From an uncultured Coriobacteriaceae bacterium (GTDB lineage: Bacteria; Actinomycetota; Coriobacteriia; Coriobacteriales; Atopobiaceae), in NCBI GenBank assembly GCA_902788705.1, contig CADALE010000009.1, positions 1,428-65,427 on the forward strand: a stretch of DNA of 64,000 nt, in the 5' to 3' direction. Positions 51,650-63,796 of this stretch are shown in pieces (the stretch's first letter is position 1; every line of letters starts with the position of its first letter). The notes under the pieces are model-generated. The model made no database searches and was not told the DNA's origin. It saw only the letters and a list, made by a program, of their open reading frames with translations. Both the position numbers and the translations under genes were made by a program.

Positions 51650-52956
51650 GCCCTCACCTCCTCCTTGGACAACAGCCCCATCTCGAGGCCCTCCTCCACC
51701 AACGCAGGCTCCTCGACGAGGTGCCACGAACGCCCTGCCAGGTCAAACGACACGCACTCCTCCAGCTGCACACCCCCTCCCTCGGCCCGCCGCACGCTGG
51801 ACAGCGAGGTGATGCGACGCGATCCGTCCACCAGGCGCTGCGACATGACGATGAAGTCGAGCGCCGTGGCGATTTGCTCCTCGATGATCGCGGTGGGCAG
51901 GTCCATGCCAAACCGGGCCATCAGCACCAGCCGCATTACCGCCTCCTCGGCGCTTCCCGCGTGCAGCGTGGTAAGCGACCCATCGTGCCCGGTGTTCATG
52001 GCCTGCAGCATGTCGATGGCCTCGGACCCTCGCACCTCGCCCACCACGATGCGGTCGGGACGCATGCGCAGCGCGTTCTTCACGAGGTCGCGGATGGTTA
52101 TCTCGCCCGTGCCCTCGATGGACGCGTCGCGCGCCTCCAGCCTTGCCACGTCGGGATGCGTGTCAAAGCGCAGTTCGGCTGAGTCCTCTATCGTCACGAT
52201 GCGCTCCGAATGCGGGATCTCGGTAGAGAGCGCGTTGAGGAGCGTGGTCTTGCCCGAGCCCGTGCCGCCAGCCACGGCAATGTCCTTCCGCAGCCTGACG
52301 ACCCATGAGAGCAGTGTCGCGTACCAGTGCGGCAGGGCCCCAAGCGCCACCAGTCCCTCGAGCGTGGAGATGCGGTTGGAGAACTTGCGGATGGTCACGT
52401 AGGGCCCATCGATCGCGATGGGCTGCGCGACGGCATTCACGCGGTCGCCGTTTGCCAGACGGGCGTTGACGATGGGGCTCGCCCGGTCAAGCCTCCTTCC
52501 CAAGGGCGCCAGGATACGGTCGAGCACCATGAGAATCTGGTCGGACGTGTCGAATACCGTCCGCGCCTCGTGGATGACGCCATCGCGCTCGAACCGAAGC
52601 GACTTGCAACCATTAACCATGATCTCGGTGACCGACTCGTCATCGAGGAGCGGCTGCAGCGGGCCAAGCCCGCACACCTCGTCGAGCACACGGCCCACCA
52701 GCGCGTGGCGGTCCTCGACTCCCAGCCCCTCGAACTCGGGTAGGTTGAGTATGGCCTGGCAGGCGATGCCAAGCTCGCTGCGTGCGCGGACGAGGTCGCC
52801 CGAGGAGACCATCTCGGCCATCACGGCAAGGCCGAGCCGCTCGACAAGCCGGTCCTTGAGCAGGGTGGCAAGCCGCGCGGCGCCCGTGTAACCCTCGTAG
52901 GCCTCGACGACGCGCGCGCTCTGCTCCTGCTCGCGGACACGCTCCAGGACCGTCAT
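51628..52956 (-). CDS. tadA: Tad pilus secretion ATPase TadA/CpaF
   Basis: Walker A VAGGTGSGKTTLLNAL, then TIEDSAELRF, Walker B RIVVGEVRG and His box MNTGHDGSLTTLHA. TGATG junction with tadZ. Confidence 0.95.
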   Translation of the reverse strand: MTVLERVREQEQSARVVEAYEGYTGAARLATLLKDRLVERLGLAVMAEMVSSGDLVRARSELGIACQAILNLPEFEGLGVEDRHALVGRVLDEVCGLGPLQPLLDDESVTEIMVNGCKSLRFERDGVIHEARTVFDTSDQILMVLDRILAPLGRRLDRASPIVNARLANGDRVNAVAQPIAIDGPYVTIRKFSNRISTLEGLVALGALPHWYATLLSWVVRLRKDIAVAGGTGSGKTTLLNALSTEIPHSERIVTIEDSAELRFDTHPDVARLEARDASIEGTGEITIRDLVKNALRMRPDRIVVGEVRGSEAIDMLQAMNTGHDGSLTTLHAGSAEEAVMRLVLMARFGMDLPTAIIEEQIATALDFIVMSQRLVDGSRRITSLSSVRRAEGGGVQLEECVSFDLAGRSWHLVEEPALVEEGLEMGLLSKEEVRAWREAVS

Positions 52957-54179
52957 CAGGCCACCTCCCGCCTGCGACCGAAGAGACGCCGGGGCCCACG
53001 GCCACGGCGGGGATCTGCCGCCCTCTGGGCGTCCTCCGACTCGGGAAGGCTCCCGAGCTCGCGAAGCAGCGCGGCCAGCAGGAGGGAGATCCGCGCAACG
53101 GCATCGCCACCCAATGACCGCAGCTCCTCGACATGCCCCTCGGAGAGCTGCTCGCACAGCTCGTCGCCCGCATCGGGTATGCGGAACACGCGCGCCGTCT
53201 CCAAACCGACCTCGGCCCGGGGAAGCACCCTGCGCTCAAGCTCGCGTGGGTTGCAGCCATTCTCGACCCGTACGATGCGGGTGCGCGCCACCCCAAGCCT
53301 CACCGCCAGTGCGCTCATCCGTGCCAGCGACGCCACGGCGCCGGGGGCGCAGTCCTGCACCAGCACGAGGCGGTCTGCCATCTGCATGGCTTGGGCCACG
53401 GCATCGGTGCAGGTGGACGACGTGTCCACCAGCACGAGCCCGTAGGTGGCCGAAAGCCGGTCGATGAGCTGGGCGGCAAGCGGCATAGCACGCTCGGCCA
53501 TCTCGGGAAGGGCACAGGGGCCCCAGAGCGTGATGCCCTCATGGCATGGCAGGCCCTCCTGCTCCCACCCTTCGACCAGCTGACCGTCCTCCCCCAGCAG
53601 GGAGGCCAGGTCGGAGGGATTGGGCATGCCGAAGCTGGCATAGAGGTTTCCGCAGGCAAGGTCAAGGTCAAGCAGGGCAACCCTCATGCCCCAGTGCGCC
53701 GCCACGCACGCCATGATCGCGACGATGGCCGACTTGCCCACCCCGCCACGTCCCGACGCAAGCACCACCACCGGGGCATGTCCATCGCCGTCGGTAGGTG
53801 CGACGCGCGGCCTCCCCGCAAGCGGTGCCGTAGCCATCAGCTCCTCCTCGGGCACCTCGTCCAGCTCGATGACCCGCGAGACCCCGGCCTGCGCGGCGCG
53901 CGACCGCAACGATCCTGATGCCTCGCGCACGACCAGCACGACCTCGGAGGCCAGACCGTCAGACGCGATGGCGGCAGCAAGGTTCACGTCGGACACGCCG
54001 CTCTCGGACAGCCCCACGATGGCGCCAACCGTCCCTGGCTCCTCATCGCGCAGTCTGCAGCGCGCGTCGGCGGCATCGCGGGCAAAGACAAGTCGCGAGC
54101 CGGGCTTGACGTACGCAAGGGCGCGCTCCAGCTCCTCCTGCCCACGCGGGGAGGTGCACCCAATCCACAGCCTCGTCAT
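52956..54179 (-). CDS. tadZ: TadZ/CpaE-like protein (receiver-like N-domain + MinD/ParA-type ATPase)
   Basis: VVVLASGRGGVGKSAIVAIMA (deviant Walker A), LLDLDL, and VLVDTSS. The N-terminal ~110 aa are CheY-fold-like without an obvious phospho-acceptor context. Confidence 0.8.
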   Translation of the reverse strand: MTRLWIGCTSPRGQEELERALAYVKPGSRLVFARDAADARCRLRDEEPGTVGAIVGLSESGVSDVNLAAAIASDGLASEVVLVVREASGSLRSRAAQAGVSRVIELDEVPEEELMATAPLAGRPRVAPTDGDGHAPVVVLASGRGGVGKSAIVAIMACVAAHWGMRVALLDLDLACGNLYASFGMPNPSDLASLLGEDGQLVEGWEQEGLPCHEGITLWGPCALPEMAERAMPLAAQLIDRLSATYGLVLVDTSSTCTDAVAQAMQMADRLVLVQDCAPGAVASLARMSALAVRLGVARTRIVRVENGCNPRELERRVLPRAEVGLETARVFRIPDAGDELCEQLSEGHVEELRSLGGDAVARISLLLAALLRELGSLPESEDAQRAADPRRGRGPRRLFGRRREVA

Positions 54180-55039
54180 GACGCACCGCCCCCTTCCCTC
54201 GAGCCAGCTTGACCTTCCGTGGCCGACTCCTCGGCGGCCTGGCCTCCCCCATCGTTCTTCGCGGCTTCGGCCGCACGTGCATCTCCTTCGCCTGCCTGCG
54301 CGCCGGCTGCCTCGCCAGCATCCTGACCGGAGGCCTCACCTTCCAAAGCGCCCCCATCAACCTGGCCCGCCACGTCCTCGACGCTTGCCGGGGGCTGCGT
54401 CTCGACGACGGTCGCCTCCCCCGCAGGCATCACGAGCCTGAGGTCGCCCGAGGCGCTGGCCGTAAGCACGGCGGCCACGTCATCGGGCAGCAGGGACAAC
54501 GTAAGCTGCCCTCCTGAGCCCAATGCCGTTGCCACGGGAGCGGCCAGCACCGTCATCTCACCTGACACGAGGCGCGTGCCCTCGTTGGTGACGGCATAGG
54601 CCACGAGCGTGGCGCCTTGGCCGATGCCTCGGGGAACGCCCAGCTTGTCGGTAAGCGGGATGGACAGGGCCACATGCCCGTCGGGTACGTCCGCAAGGTC
54701 GGATGACGATCGAAACGTGAGCTGCGTAAGCGGCGCACCCTTCTCGGTTGCCACGCCCACCTCGCGGCCGAGGGCGTCCGCCAGGCTCACCACCGCACCC
54801 TCTGGCGCGAGGTCGGCCACCCACTCTCGCGTGGACACATTGGACTGGCTCACCACGTCACCCGGCTCCAGGCGCGTGGAGGCCACGACGAGCGTGACGA
54901 CCTCCCCGCCATAGCGCTCCAGCACCTCGGCCCTCACGCGCTCGGCCTCCTCGCGCACGCCGCTTGCGTAGGCAAGGCATGCCATGACGGCCAAAAGAGC
55001 GCATGCCGAGGACAGCACGACCCTAAAGCGCAGCGACAT
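54176..55039 (-). CDS. cpaB: Flp pilus assembly protein CpaB/RcpC-like (SAF domain) with an acidic Gly/Ala/Glu tail
   Basis: TM anchor, then VVASTRLEPGDVVSQSNV (SAF) and ALSIPLTDKLGVPRGIGQGATLVAY. First gene of the operon, with a GGGAGGAGG RBS. Confidence 0.8.
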   Translation of the reverse strand: MSLRFRVVLSSACALLAVMACLAYASGVREEAERVRAEVLERYGGEVVTLVVASTRLEPGDVVSQSNVSTREWVADLAPEGAVVSLADALGREVGVATEKGAPLTQLTFRSSSDLADVPDGHVALSIPLTDKLGVPRGIGQGATLVAYAVTNEGTRLVSGEMTVLAAPVATALGSGGQLTLSLLPDDVAAVLTASASGDLRLVMPAGEATVVETQPPASVEDVAGQVDGGALEGEASGQDAGEAAGAQAGEGDARAAEAAKNDGGGQAAEESATEGQAGSREGGGAS

Positions 55040-55250
55040 TCCTCCGACCTCCTCCCACAGGCGAACCCTCGCGTTCGCGTGAGAGCATTCTCAGGCCTTT
55101 GGAGTCATGTTTTCGCAGGTATTTTGCGTGAGCTGGCACATCGCTTGCGTATATATGGCACTTAGCTGGCGAGTTTTCATCAAACGCCAGCACGGAAGGC
55201 TGGGGCTCTACCCGCCTTCTTTAAAAACCGTGCCGAACAAGTTGTGGCGA

Positions 55251-56423
55251 CTATATGACGACGTCTGGATCGAGGCTGGTAGCGCTCTCGCGCATCTCGC
55301 GGGCCAGCAAAAGGTATGCATCAAGGCGTTCCGGAGCGAACGCCCCCGCACCGGCACGCGCTAGCACCTCGCATCCTGGCTCGTGGGTATGCGTACAGTC
55401 ACGAAAGCGGCAGCCTCGTGCAGCCTCGGATATCTCGGGAAACACCAGCGCAAGCCCGCGCTCGTGGCCCACCATGGGCAGGCTGCGCAGTCCCGGCTCG
55501 TCCACGATCACCCCAGCACCCGGCAGCGACACCATGCGCCTTGCCACGGTGGTATGCCGCCCCGCGTCGTCACGCTCGCGCACGGCGCCCGTCTCGAGAG
55601 CCTCGCGCCCCAGCAGCGCATTGAGCAGCGTGGACTTCCCCGCGCCAGACTCCCCCAGCATGATGGCCACGGTCTGCTCGGGCACGAGCGAGCGCACCCC
55701 GTCGTTTCCCCAGGCTGCCCCATGAGCCCGTGCCTGCGCCTCGAGGGCGTCCTCGTCCTGGGATCCGTGCGCGGTGGTGACGGCAATGCTCACGTCGTCT
55801 CCCAGCACCGTGCGCAGGCGCGTGAGGTCGCGCGCAAGCAGCTCGGCCCCGGCACGGTCGGCCTTGGTAAGCACCACGGCCACCTTCGCTCCACAGTCGC
55901 GCGCCACCACCGCCGAGCGCGCCACCCGGTCGCACGACACGAGGTCGGGGCCCAGCGCCTGCACCACCAGCACCACGTCGACGTTGGCGGCAAGCGTCTG
56001 GCGCTCCCCACGCGCGCCGCCCTTCCACCGGGCGATGTCGCTTTCGCGGGGAAGCACCTCCTGGATGAGGGCCATGTCATGGTCGTCGGGCACGCGCAGG
56101 CACACCCAGTCTCCCACGGCCACGCGCGAGAACGACCCCTTGGTGAGCTGGGCGGCAAACTCGGCACGCACCACGCCGGAGGCCAGGCGCACCGCGGGGT
56201 ACGACCGGTCAAGCCGCACCACGCAGCCCATGGCAAGCTGGTCTCTTGGCACCAGCTCCTGGGTCTCCAGGCGCTCGCAAGCCTGTTCGAAGGACTGCAG
56301 CTGCCGCTCGCTAGCCCGCAGCTTGCCAAGGTCGGGAAGGTCGGTCAGGGAAGAAAGTGCCGGCAGGGCAAGGTCTGCCCCACCGGCACGGTTGGTACGT
56401 CTTCTTTGCGGGCGCTTCGCCAT
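55251..56423 (-). CDS. rsgA: Ribosome small-subunit-dependent GTPase A
   Basis: Circularly permuted GTPase: VLTKADR (G4), LGESGAGKSTLLNAL (G1), DEPG (G3). The C-terminal zinc knuckle is CRFRDCTHTHEPGC. Confidence 0.9.
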   Translation of the reverse strand: MAKRPQRRRTNRAGGADLALPALSSLTDLPDLGKLRASERQLQSFEQACERLETQELVPRDQLAMGCVVRLDRSYPAVRLASGVVRAEFAAQLTKGSFSRVAVGDWVCLRVPDDHDMALIQEVLPRESDIARWKGGARGERQTLAANVDVVLVVQALGPDLVSCDRVARSAVVARDCGAKVAVVLTKADRAGAELLARDLTRLRTVLGDDVSIAVTTAHGSQDEDALEAQARAHGAAWGNDGVRSLVPEQTVAIMLGESGAGKSTLLNALLGREALETGAVRERDDAGRHTTVARRMVSLPGAGVIVDEPGLRSLPMVGHERGLALVFPEISEAARGCRFRDCTHTHEPGCEVLARAGAGAFAPERLDAYLLLAREMRESATSLDPDVVI

Positions 56424-56429
56424 GGGGCG

Positions 56430-59147
<2,718 letters not shown>

Positions 59148-59440
59148 GTTTCCCTCCTGGGTCCACGGGCCGAGCGCCTCGATTCCCGATCATAATTCCC
59201 CAGGAGGGGCAAGGGCTCATCAGGGCTTGTCTGCTAGGCCTAGTGCTATGACCTACCTATATTACCCAAATTGCGAAGCGTTATGACGCACCAAAGCATG
59301 CAACTTGTGACTTCTCCCCAACTGGTGCACGAAGGCTCGCAGGGAGCGATGTCCCCATCATCATGCAGCCAACCGGACAACAACGCACGTATGCCGGAAA
59401 GCAAGCGTTCGTGTGTTCACCATAAGCTACACTTTATAGG

Positions 59441-59458
59441 TCCATGCAGATGCATGGA
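59441..59458. promoter_or_regulatory. Perfect palindrome TCCATGCA-GA-TGCATGGA upstream of the lactate dehydrogenase gene
   Basis: 8+8 perfect inverted repeat ending 32 nt upstream of the ATG at 59490, in a 340-bp lower-GC divergent region. Confidence 0.3.
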
Positions 59459-59489
59459 CATGCCGTCATCGTCCGGAAGGGAGCAGCGC

Positions 59490-60590
59490 ATGAAGATTCT
59501 GTTCTATGGCACCAGGGACTACGACCGAGAGTCGTTCAGCAAGGTAATGGCCGACTATCCCGACGTCGAGATCGAGTTCACGAAGACCAACCTCACATGG
59601 CGTACCGCCATCCTGGCCAAGGGCTACGACGCGGTGTGCGCGTTCGTGAACGCCAACATCCGCGATGCCCTCACGCTCGAGATTCTTGCCGGCTTTGGCA
59701 TCAAGCTCATCCTCATGCGCTGCGCCGGCTTCGACGCCGTCAACATCCCCATGGCCAAGGAGCTGGGCATCCGCGTGTGCAACGTGCCCGCCTACAGCCC
59801 CGAGGCAATCGCCGAGCACGCCATGGCGCTGGGCCTGGCCGCCAACCGCCGCATCGTCAAGGGCTACAACCGCGTCCGCGAGAACAACTTCGACCTCAAC
59901 TACCTGGTGGGCGTCACCCTCAAGGGCCGCACCGCCGGCATCATCGGCACCGGCCGCATCGGCGCCGCCCTCTGCCGCATCTGCAAGGGCTTTGGCATGA
60001 AGGTCATCGGTGCCGACCTCGGCCCCGTCAAGGCGCTCGTGGACGAAGGCGTCGTTGACGAGTACGTGCCCGTGTACGACAAGGACGGCAACATGGTGTA
60101 CGACGAGAAGGGCAACTGCCTGATCGAGGGCGTTGGCTTCGGCGACCGTCGCGTGAGCTACGACCCCCTGTACGCCCAGGCCGACTTTATCTCGCTGCAC
60201 GCCTTCCTTAACGCCGACAGCTACCACATGATCGACGACGAGGCCATCTCCAAGATGAAGGACAAGGTCATCTTCGTGAACACCGGCCGTGGCGGCCTGG
60301 TTGACACCGAGGCCCTCATCCGCGGCATCTTGTCGGGCAAGATCGGCGCCGCCGGCATCGACGTGTACGAGGAGGAGAACGAGAACGTCTACAAGAACCG
60401 CTCCGGCGAGGTGTACGAGACCGTCACCGCCCGCCTGTGCTCCTTCCCCAACGTGGTCGTGACCAGCCACCAGGCATTCTTCACCGAGGAAGCCCTGGCC
60501 GAGATCGCACGCGTGACGCTGCAGAACGCCACCGCCTACGCCAAGGGCGCCCCCGACTCCGAGTACGTCTTCCGCAGCATCGTGTGCTAG
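59490..60590 (+). CDS. ldhA: D-lactate dehydrogenase / D-isomer-specific 2-hydroxyacid dehydrogenase
   Basis: MKILFYGTRDYDRESF..., NAD motif GIIGTGRIGAALCRICKGFGM, and NTGRGGLVDTEAL...DVYEEE...TSHQAFFT. GGAAGGGAG RBS. The track ORF starts upstream at 59271. Confidence 0.9.
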   Translation: MKILFYGTRDYDRESFSKVMADYPDVEIEFTKTNLTWRTAILAKGYDAVCAFVNANIRDALTLEILAGFGIKLILMRCAGFDAVNIPMAKELGIRVCNVPAYSPEAIAEHAMALGLAANRRIVKGYNRVRENNFDLNYLVGVTLKGRTAGIIGTGRIGAALCRICKGFGMKVIGADLGPVKALVDEGVVDEYVPVYDKDGNMVYDEKGNCLIEGVGFGDRRVSYDPLYAQADFISLHAFLNADSYHMIDDEAISKMKDKVIFVNTGRGGLVDTEALIRGILSGKIGAAGIDVYEEENENVYKNRSGEVYETVTARLCSFPNVVVTSHQAFFTEEALAEIARVTLQNATAYAKGAPDSEYVFRSIVC

Positions 60591-60629
60591 CAACAAATAA
60601 CTAGTCTTTCGCACAGACAGCATGATACG

Positions 60630-60663
60630 TTTGGGAGGTTTCCGTGAAAGGAAGCCTCCCAAA
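60630..60663 (+). terminator. 14-bp hairpin downstream of ldhA (no U-tract)
   Basis: tttgggaggtttcc (60630-60643) / ggaagcctcccaaa (60650-60663), with a 6-nt loop. Confidence 0.45.
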
Positions 60664-60755
60664 TGCACTATAAGGCCCCCGTGTCCCAATGGGTTTACAA
60701 TAGTATGCATGGCCTGACACACAGGCGACCGCATGAACCGATCGGAGCACTCGCC

Positions 60756-62213
60756 ATGAAGCAGATACGCAAGCTCACCAAGAAGAAGACCAAGATCGTA
60801 TGCACGATGGGTCCGGCAACCGAGGACGACGAGGTCCTGCGGCAGCTGGTCCTGGAGGGCATGAACGTCGCCCGATTCAACTTTAGCCACGGCAGCCACG
60901 ACTACCACCGTCGCAACATCCAGCGCGTGCGGGCCATCTCGCGCGAGCTGAACATCCCCATCGCCATCATGCTGGACACCAAGGGCCCCGAAATTCGCAC
61001 GGGCGAGCTGGTGGGCCACAAGAGCGTGACGCTCGAGGCCGGTTCGCATGTGGTCCTGACCACGCGCGTGGTGCTGGGTAACGCCGAGTGCTTCTCCATC
61101 GACTACGACAACCTTCCCAACGAGGTGTCGCTGGACACCACCATCCTGCTGGCCGACGGCCTCATCGCCCTGAAGGTGACCGAGATCGACGGCCACGACA
61201 TCCACTGCACCGTGGTGAACGGCGGCGAGCTGGGCGAGAAGAAGGGCGTCAACATCCCCAACGTCGACGTGGGGCTGCCCTCCGTAACCGAGCAGGACGT
61301 GGCTGACATCATGTTTGGCTGCGAGCTGGGCATCGACGCCATTGCCGCCTCGTTCATCCGCAACGCCGAGGCCGTGGCCGAGATTCGCTCCATCTGCGCC
61401 AAGTCGGGCGCGCCAGACACCATGATCTTCTCCAAGATCGAGAGCGCCACCGCCGTGAAGAACTTCGACCAGATCCTCGCGGCCTCCGACGGCATCATGG
61501 TGGCCCGCGGCGACCTGGGCGTCGAGATCGACGCCGCGAAGCTCCCCCACATCCAGAAGACCATCATCCGCAGGTGCAACGACGCCTACAAGCCCGTCAT
61601 CACGGCCACCCAGATGCTGGACTCGATGATCCACAACCCGCGCCCCACGCGCGCCGAGGTGACCGACGTGGCCAACGCCATCTACGACGGCACCGACTGC
61701 GTGATGCTGTCGGGCGAGACTGCGGCTGGCCAGTGGCCCGTCGACGCCGTGCGAACCATGTCGGACATCTGCAAGGAGACCGAGCGCTACCTTGACGAGC
61801 GCCACGACTACCACGAGCGTGGCGGCCTGAAGAACGTGAACAGCTCCATCGGCTATGCCGCCGTGACCACGGCCGAGCGGGTAGGCGCCAAGGCCATCCT
61901 GTGCCCCACGCACTCCGGCCGCACCGCGCGGCTCATCTCCACCTTCAAGCCCAGCCATCCCTTCTGGGCCACGTCGCCCTCCGAGGTGGCCATCCGGCGC
62001 ACGTGCTTCAACTGGGGCTGCTACGCGTTCCTCTCGCAGGAGCAGCCGTCGCTCATGCCCACGCTGCACAACGCCATCGAGGTGGCCAAGGCCAACGGCG
62101 TGGTGCAGACGGGCGACATCGTGGTGCTTACCGCAGGAGATCGCGTCACCGTGCCGCGGGACGACAACTACACCAGCTCGACCAACATGCTGATGGTGGC
62201 CCAGGTGGACTAG
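60756..62213 (+). CDS. pyk: Pyruvate kinase
   Basis: KKTKIVCTMGPATEDDEVLRQLVLEGMNVARFNFSHGSHDYH, MLDTKGPEIRTG, VARGDLGVEI, and MLSGETAAGQWP. Confidence 0.95.
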   Translation: MKQIRKLTKKKTKIVCTMGPATEDDEVLRQLVLEGMNVARFNFSHGSHDYHRRNIQRVRAISRELNIPIAIMLDTKGPEIRTGELVGHKSVTLEAGSHVVLTTRVVLGNAECFSIDYDNLPNEVSLDTTILLADGLIALKVTEIDGHDIHCTVVNGGELGEKKGVNIPNVDVGLPSVTEQDVADIMFGCELGIDAIAASFIRNAEAVAEIRSICAKSGAPDTMIFSKIESATAVKNFDQILAASDGIMVARGDLGVEIDAAKLPHIQKTIIRRCNDAYKPVITATQMLDSMIHNPRPTRAEVTDVANAIYDGTDCVMLSGETAAGQWPVDAVRTMSDICKETERYLDERHDYHERGGLKNVNSSIGYAAVTTAERVGAKAILCPTHSGRTARLISTFKPSHPFWATSPSEVAIRRTCFNWGCYAFLSQEQPSLMPTLHNAIEVAKANGVVQTGDIVVLTAGDRVTVPRDDNYTSSTNMLMVAQVD

Positions 62214-62228
62214 CGGCAAGGGCCAGGC

Positions 62229-62330
62229 GTACCGAAAGAAGGGATGCTCCCCTTTGGCACTGTGCCGAGGGGAGCATCCCCTTTTAGCGCGTTTCCAAAA
62301 GGGAGCATCCCTTTTGGTACGGTCTTTCGT
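62229..62330. repeat. Nested palindromic intergenic repeat, copy C of the same family
   Basis: gggatgctcccc (62241-62252) / ggggagcatccc (62269-62280); the palindrome ccaaaagggagcatcccttttgg (62295-62317); and an outer accgaaaga / tctttcgt pairing. It lies between the convergent pyk and GH13 genes. Confidence 0.65.
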
Positions 62331-62335
62331 GTCTC

Positions 62336-63667
62336 CTAGCGCTCGCAGCGCACGAAGCGCACCTCGAAGGGCCCAAGCTCCGAGCCTGCGCCAAAGTCAT
62401 GCTCGGCGCCGGAGATAAGGTCGACCCCTCGCCCACACTGGGCGTCAAAGTGCAGCACCGCAGGCTCGTCCGCAGCGTTGACCAGCACGATCACGCGCTC
62501 GTGGTCGGTGCGGCGCTGGAACGCAAGCTGCCTCGGGGACACGCAGAGCTGGGTGTAGTCGCCCCAGCGCAGGGCCTCGCTGGCGTGGCGGGCCTTCGCG
62601 AGCGCACCGATCCAATCGGTGAGCTCGTTCCACTCGGGCTCCTCGAGGGCCGGGCGCAGCTCGTGGTCGCCGAAGTGCTGCTCGCCCTCGATGCCCCACT
62701 CGCTGCCGTAGTACACGCAGGGAACGCCGCACATGCCAAACAGGATGCCGTACAGCGGACGCAGCTGGCGCTGGTCGTCCAGCTTGGTGGCGATACGCGG
62801 AACGTCGTGGTTGTCGGCAAAGTTGAGCAGGTGCTTGCCGGTGTAGAGGTCCCAAGGGTGGCTGCCGCTCTGGCGTTCGAGCGCGTAGGCCACCTCGTGC
62901 ATGTTGGCCGCGTTCATGCTGCTCCACAGGCCCTTGTACACCTCGTAGTTGGTCACCGAGTCGCAGGCGTGATCGTTCATCCAGCGGTTGTAGTCGCCAA
63001 ACATGGTCTCGCCCAGCAGCAGGAACTTCTCGCCGCGCTTGGCCGTAAGCTCGTCGGCCACCTGGCGCAGATAGCCAAGAAAGCCCAGGTCAAGGCAGTA
63101 GGCCACATCGAGGCGAAGCCCGTCGATGCCGTAGTCGCGCTCCCAGGCACGCATGGCGTCAGCGCAGTGCTCGTTGCAGGCAGGGTCGTGGTGGTTCAGC
63201 TTCACCAGGTAGGGCACCCCAGCCCACGTCTCGTAGCCAAAGCCGTCGTCGTACTCGTTGTTGGCGCCCCAGTTGATGTTGAACCAGCCGGCATAGGGAC
63301 TGGCCTCGCGGCGCTCGCGCACGTCGGCAAACGCCCAGAAGCTGCGGCCCACGTGGTTGAACACGCCGTCCAGAAGCACGCGGATGCCCTTGGCGTGGCA
63401 GGCGTCCACCACGCGGCGCAGGTCGTCGTGGGTGCCCAGGCGCACGTCAACCTGGTGGTAATCGATGGTGTCGTAGCCGTGGGCCTCGCTCTGGAACACG
63501 GGGTTCAGCACGAGACAGGTCACGCCAAGCCGCGCCATGTGGTCAATCCAGCCGTTTTCAATCAGCTGAAGCAGGCGATGCTGCAGCACGCCATCGTTCT
63601 CGTATGGCGCACCGGTCAGGCCCAGCGGATAGATCTGGTAGGCAACGGCATCCTCGTACCACGACAT
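62336..63667 (-). CDS. Glycoside hydrolase family 13 (alpha-amylase family, intracellular)
   Basis: MSWYEDAVAYQIYPL..., DGVFNHVG (region I), GLRLDVAYCL (region II, nucleophile Asp), LLGETM (region III), and FADNHDVPR (region IV). GAAGGGAG RBS before the ATG at 63667. Confidence 0.9.
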   Translation of the reverse strand: MSWYEDAVAYQIYPLGLTGAPYENDGVLQHRLLQLIENGWIDHMARLGVTCLVLNPVFQSEAHGYDTIDYHQVDVRLGTHDDLRRVVDACHAKGIRVLLDGVFNHVGRSFWAFADVRERREASPYAGWFNINWGANNEYDDGFGYETWAGVPYLVKLNHHDPACNEHCADAMRAWERDYGIDGLRLDVAYCLDLGFLGYLRQVADELTAKRGEKFLLLGETMFGDYNRWMNDHACDSVTNYEVYKGLWSSMNAANMHEVAYALERQSGSHPWDLYTGKHLLNFADNHDVPRIATKLDDQRQLRPLYGILFGMCGVPCVYYGSEWGIEGEQHFGDHELRPALEEPEWNELTDWIGALAKARHASEALRWGDYTQLCVSPRQLAFQRRTDHERVIVLVNAADEPAVLHFDAQCGRGVDLISGAEHDFGAGSELGPFEVRFVRCER

Positions 63668-63796
63668 GGCAGCTCCCTTCACGTCTTTGCGGACCGTACG
63701 ATTATACGCAGGCCGCCCACGCTTCGCAAAAGGGGTGGCGGATCTGCTGGGAGCAAAACCGCCCACCAGCAAAACCGCCACCCGCCATCCGTACAG

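Noticed and set aside
55134-55148. A perfect sigma-54-type -24/-12 element, TGGCAC-N5-TTGC, in the tad upstream region.
   Set aside because: It is on the plus strand, pointing away from the tad operon and into the 3' end of the convergently oriented rsgA. No enhancer-binding protein is present in the window. Actinobacteria are not known to use RpoN. It is most likely a chance match.
42556-55250. The idea that the tad locus is a genomic island integrated at tRNA-Phe.
   Set aside because: There is no integrase or recombinase, and no direct repeat of the tRNA 3' end. The partial resemblance at 55040-55060 is simply the purine-rich RBS of cpaB on the other strand. GC content and codon usage are indistinguishable from the flanking housekeeping genes.
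59466-62219. A 917-aa minus-strand ORF spanning the ldhA and pyk region.
   Set aside because: It is antisense to two unmistakable glycolytic genes and runs straight through their intergenic terminator and promoter. The composition is typical of a shadow ORF.
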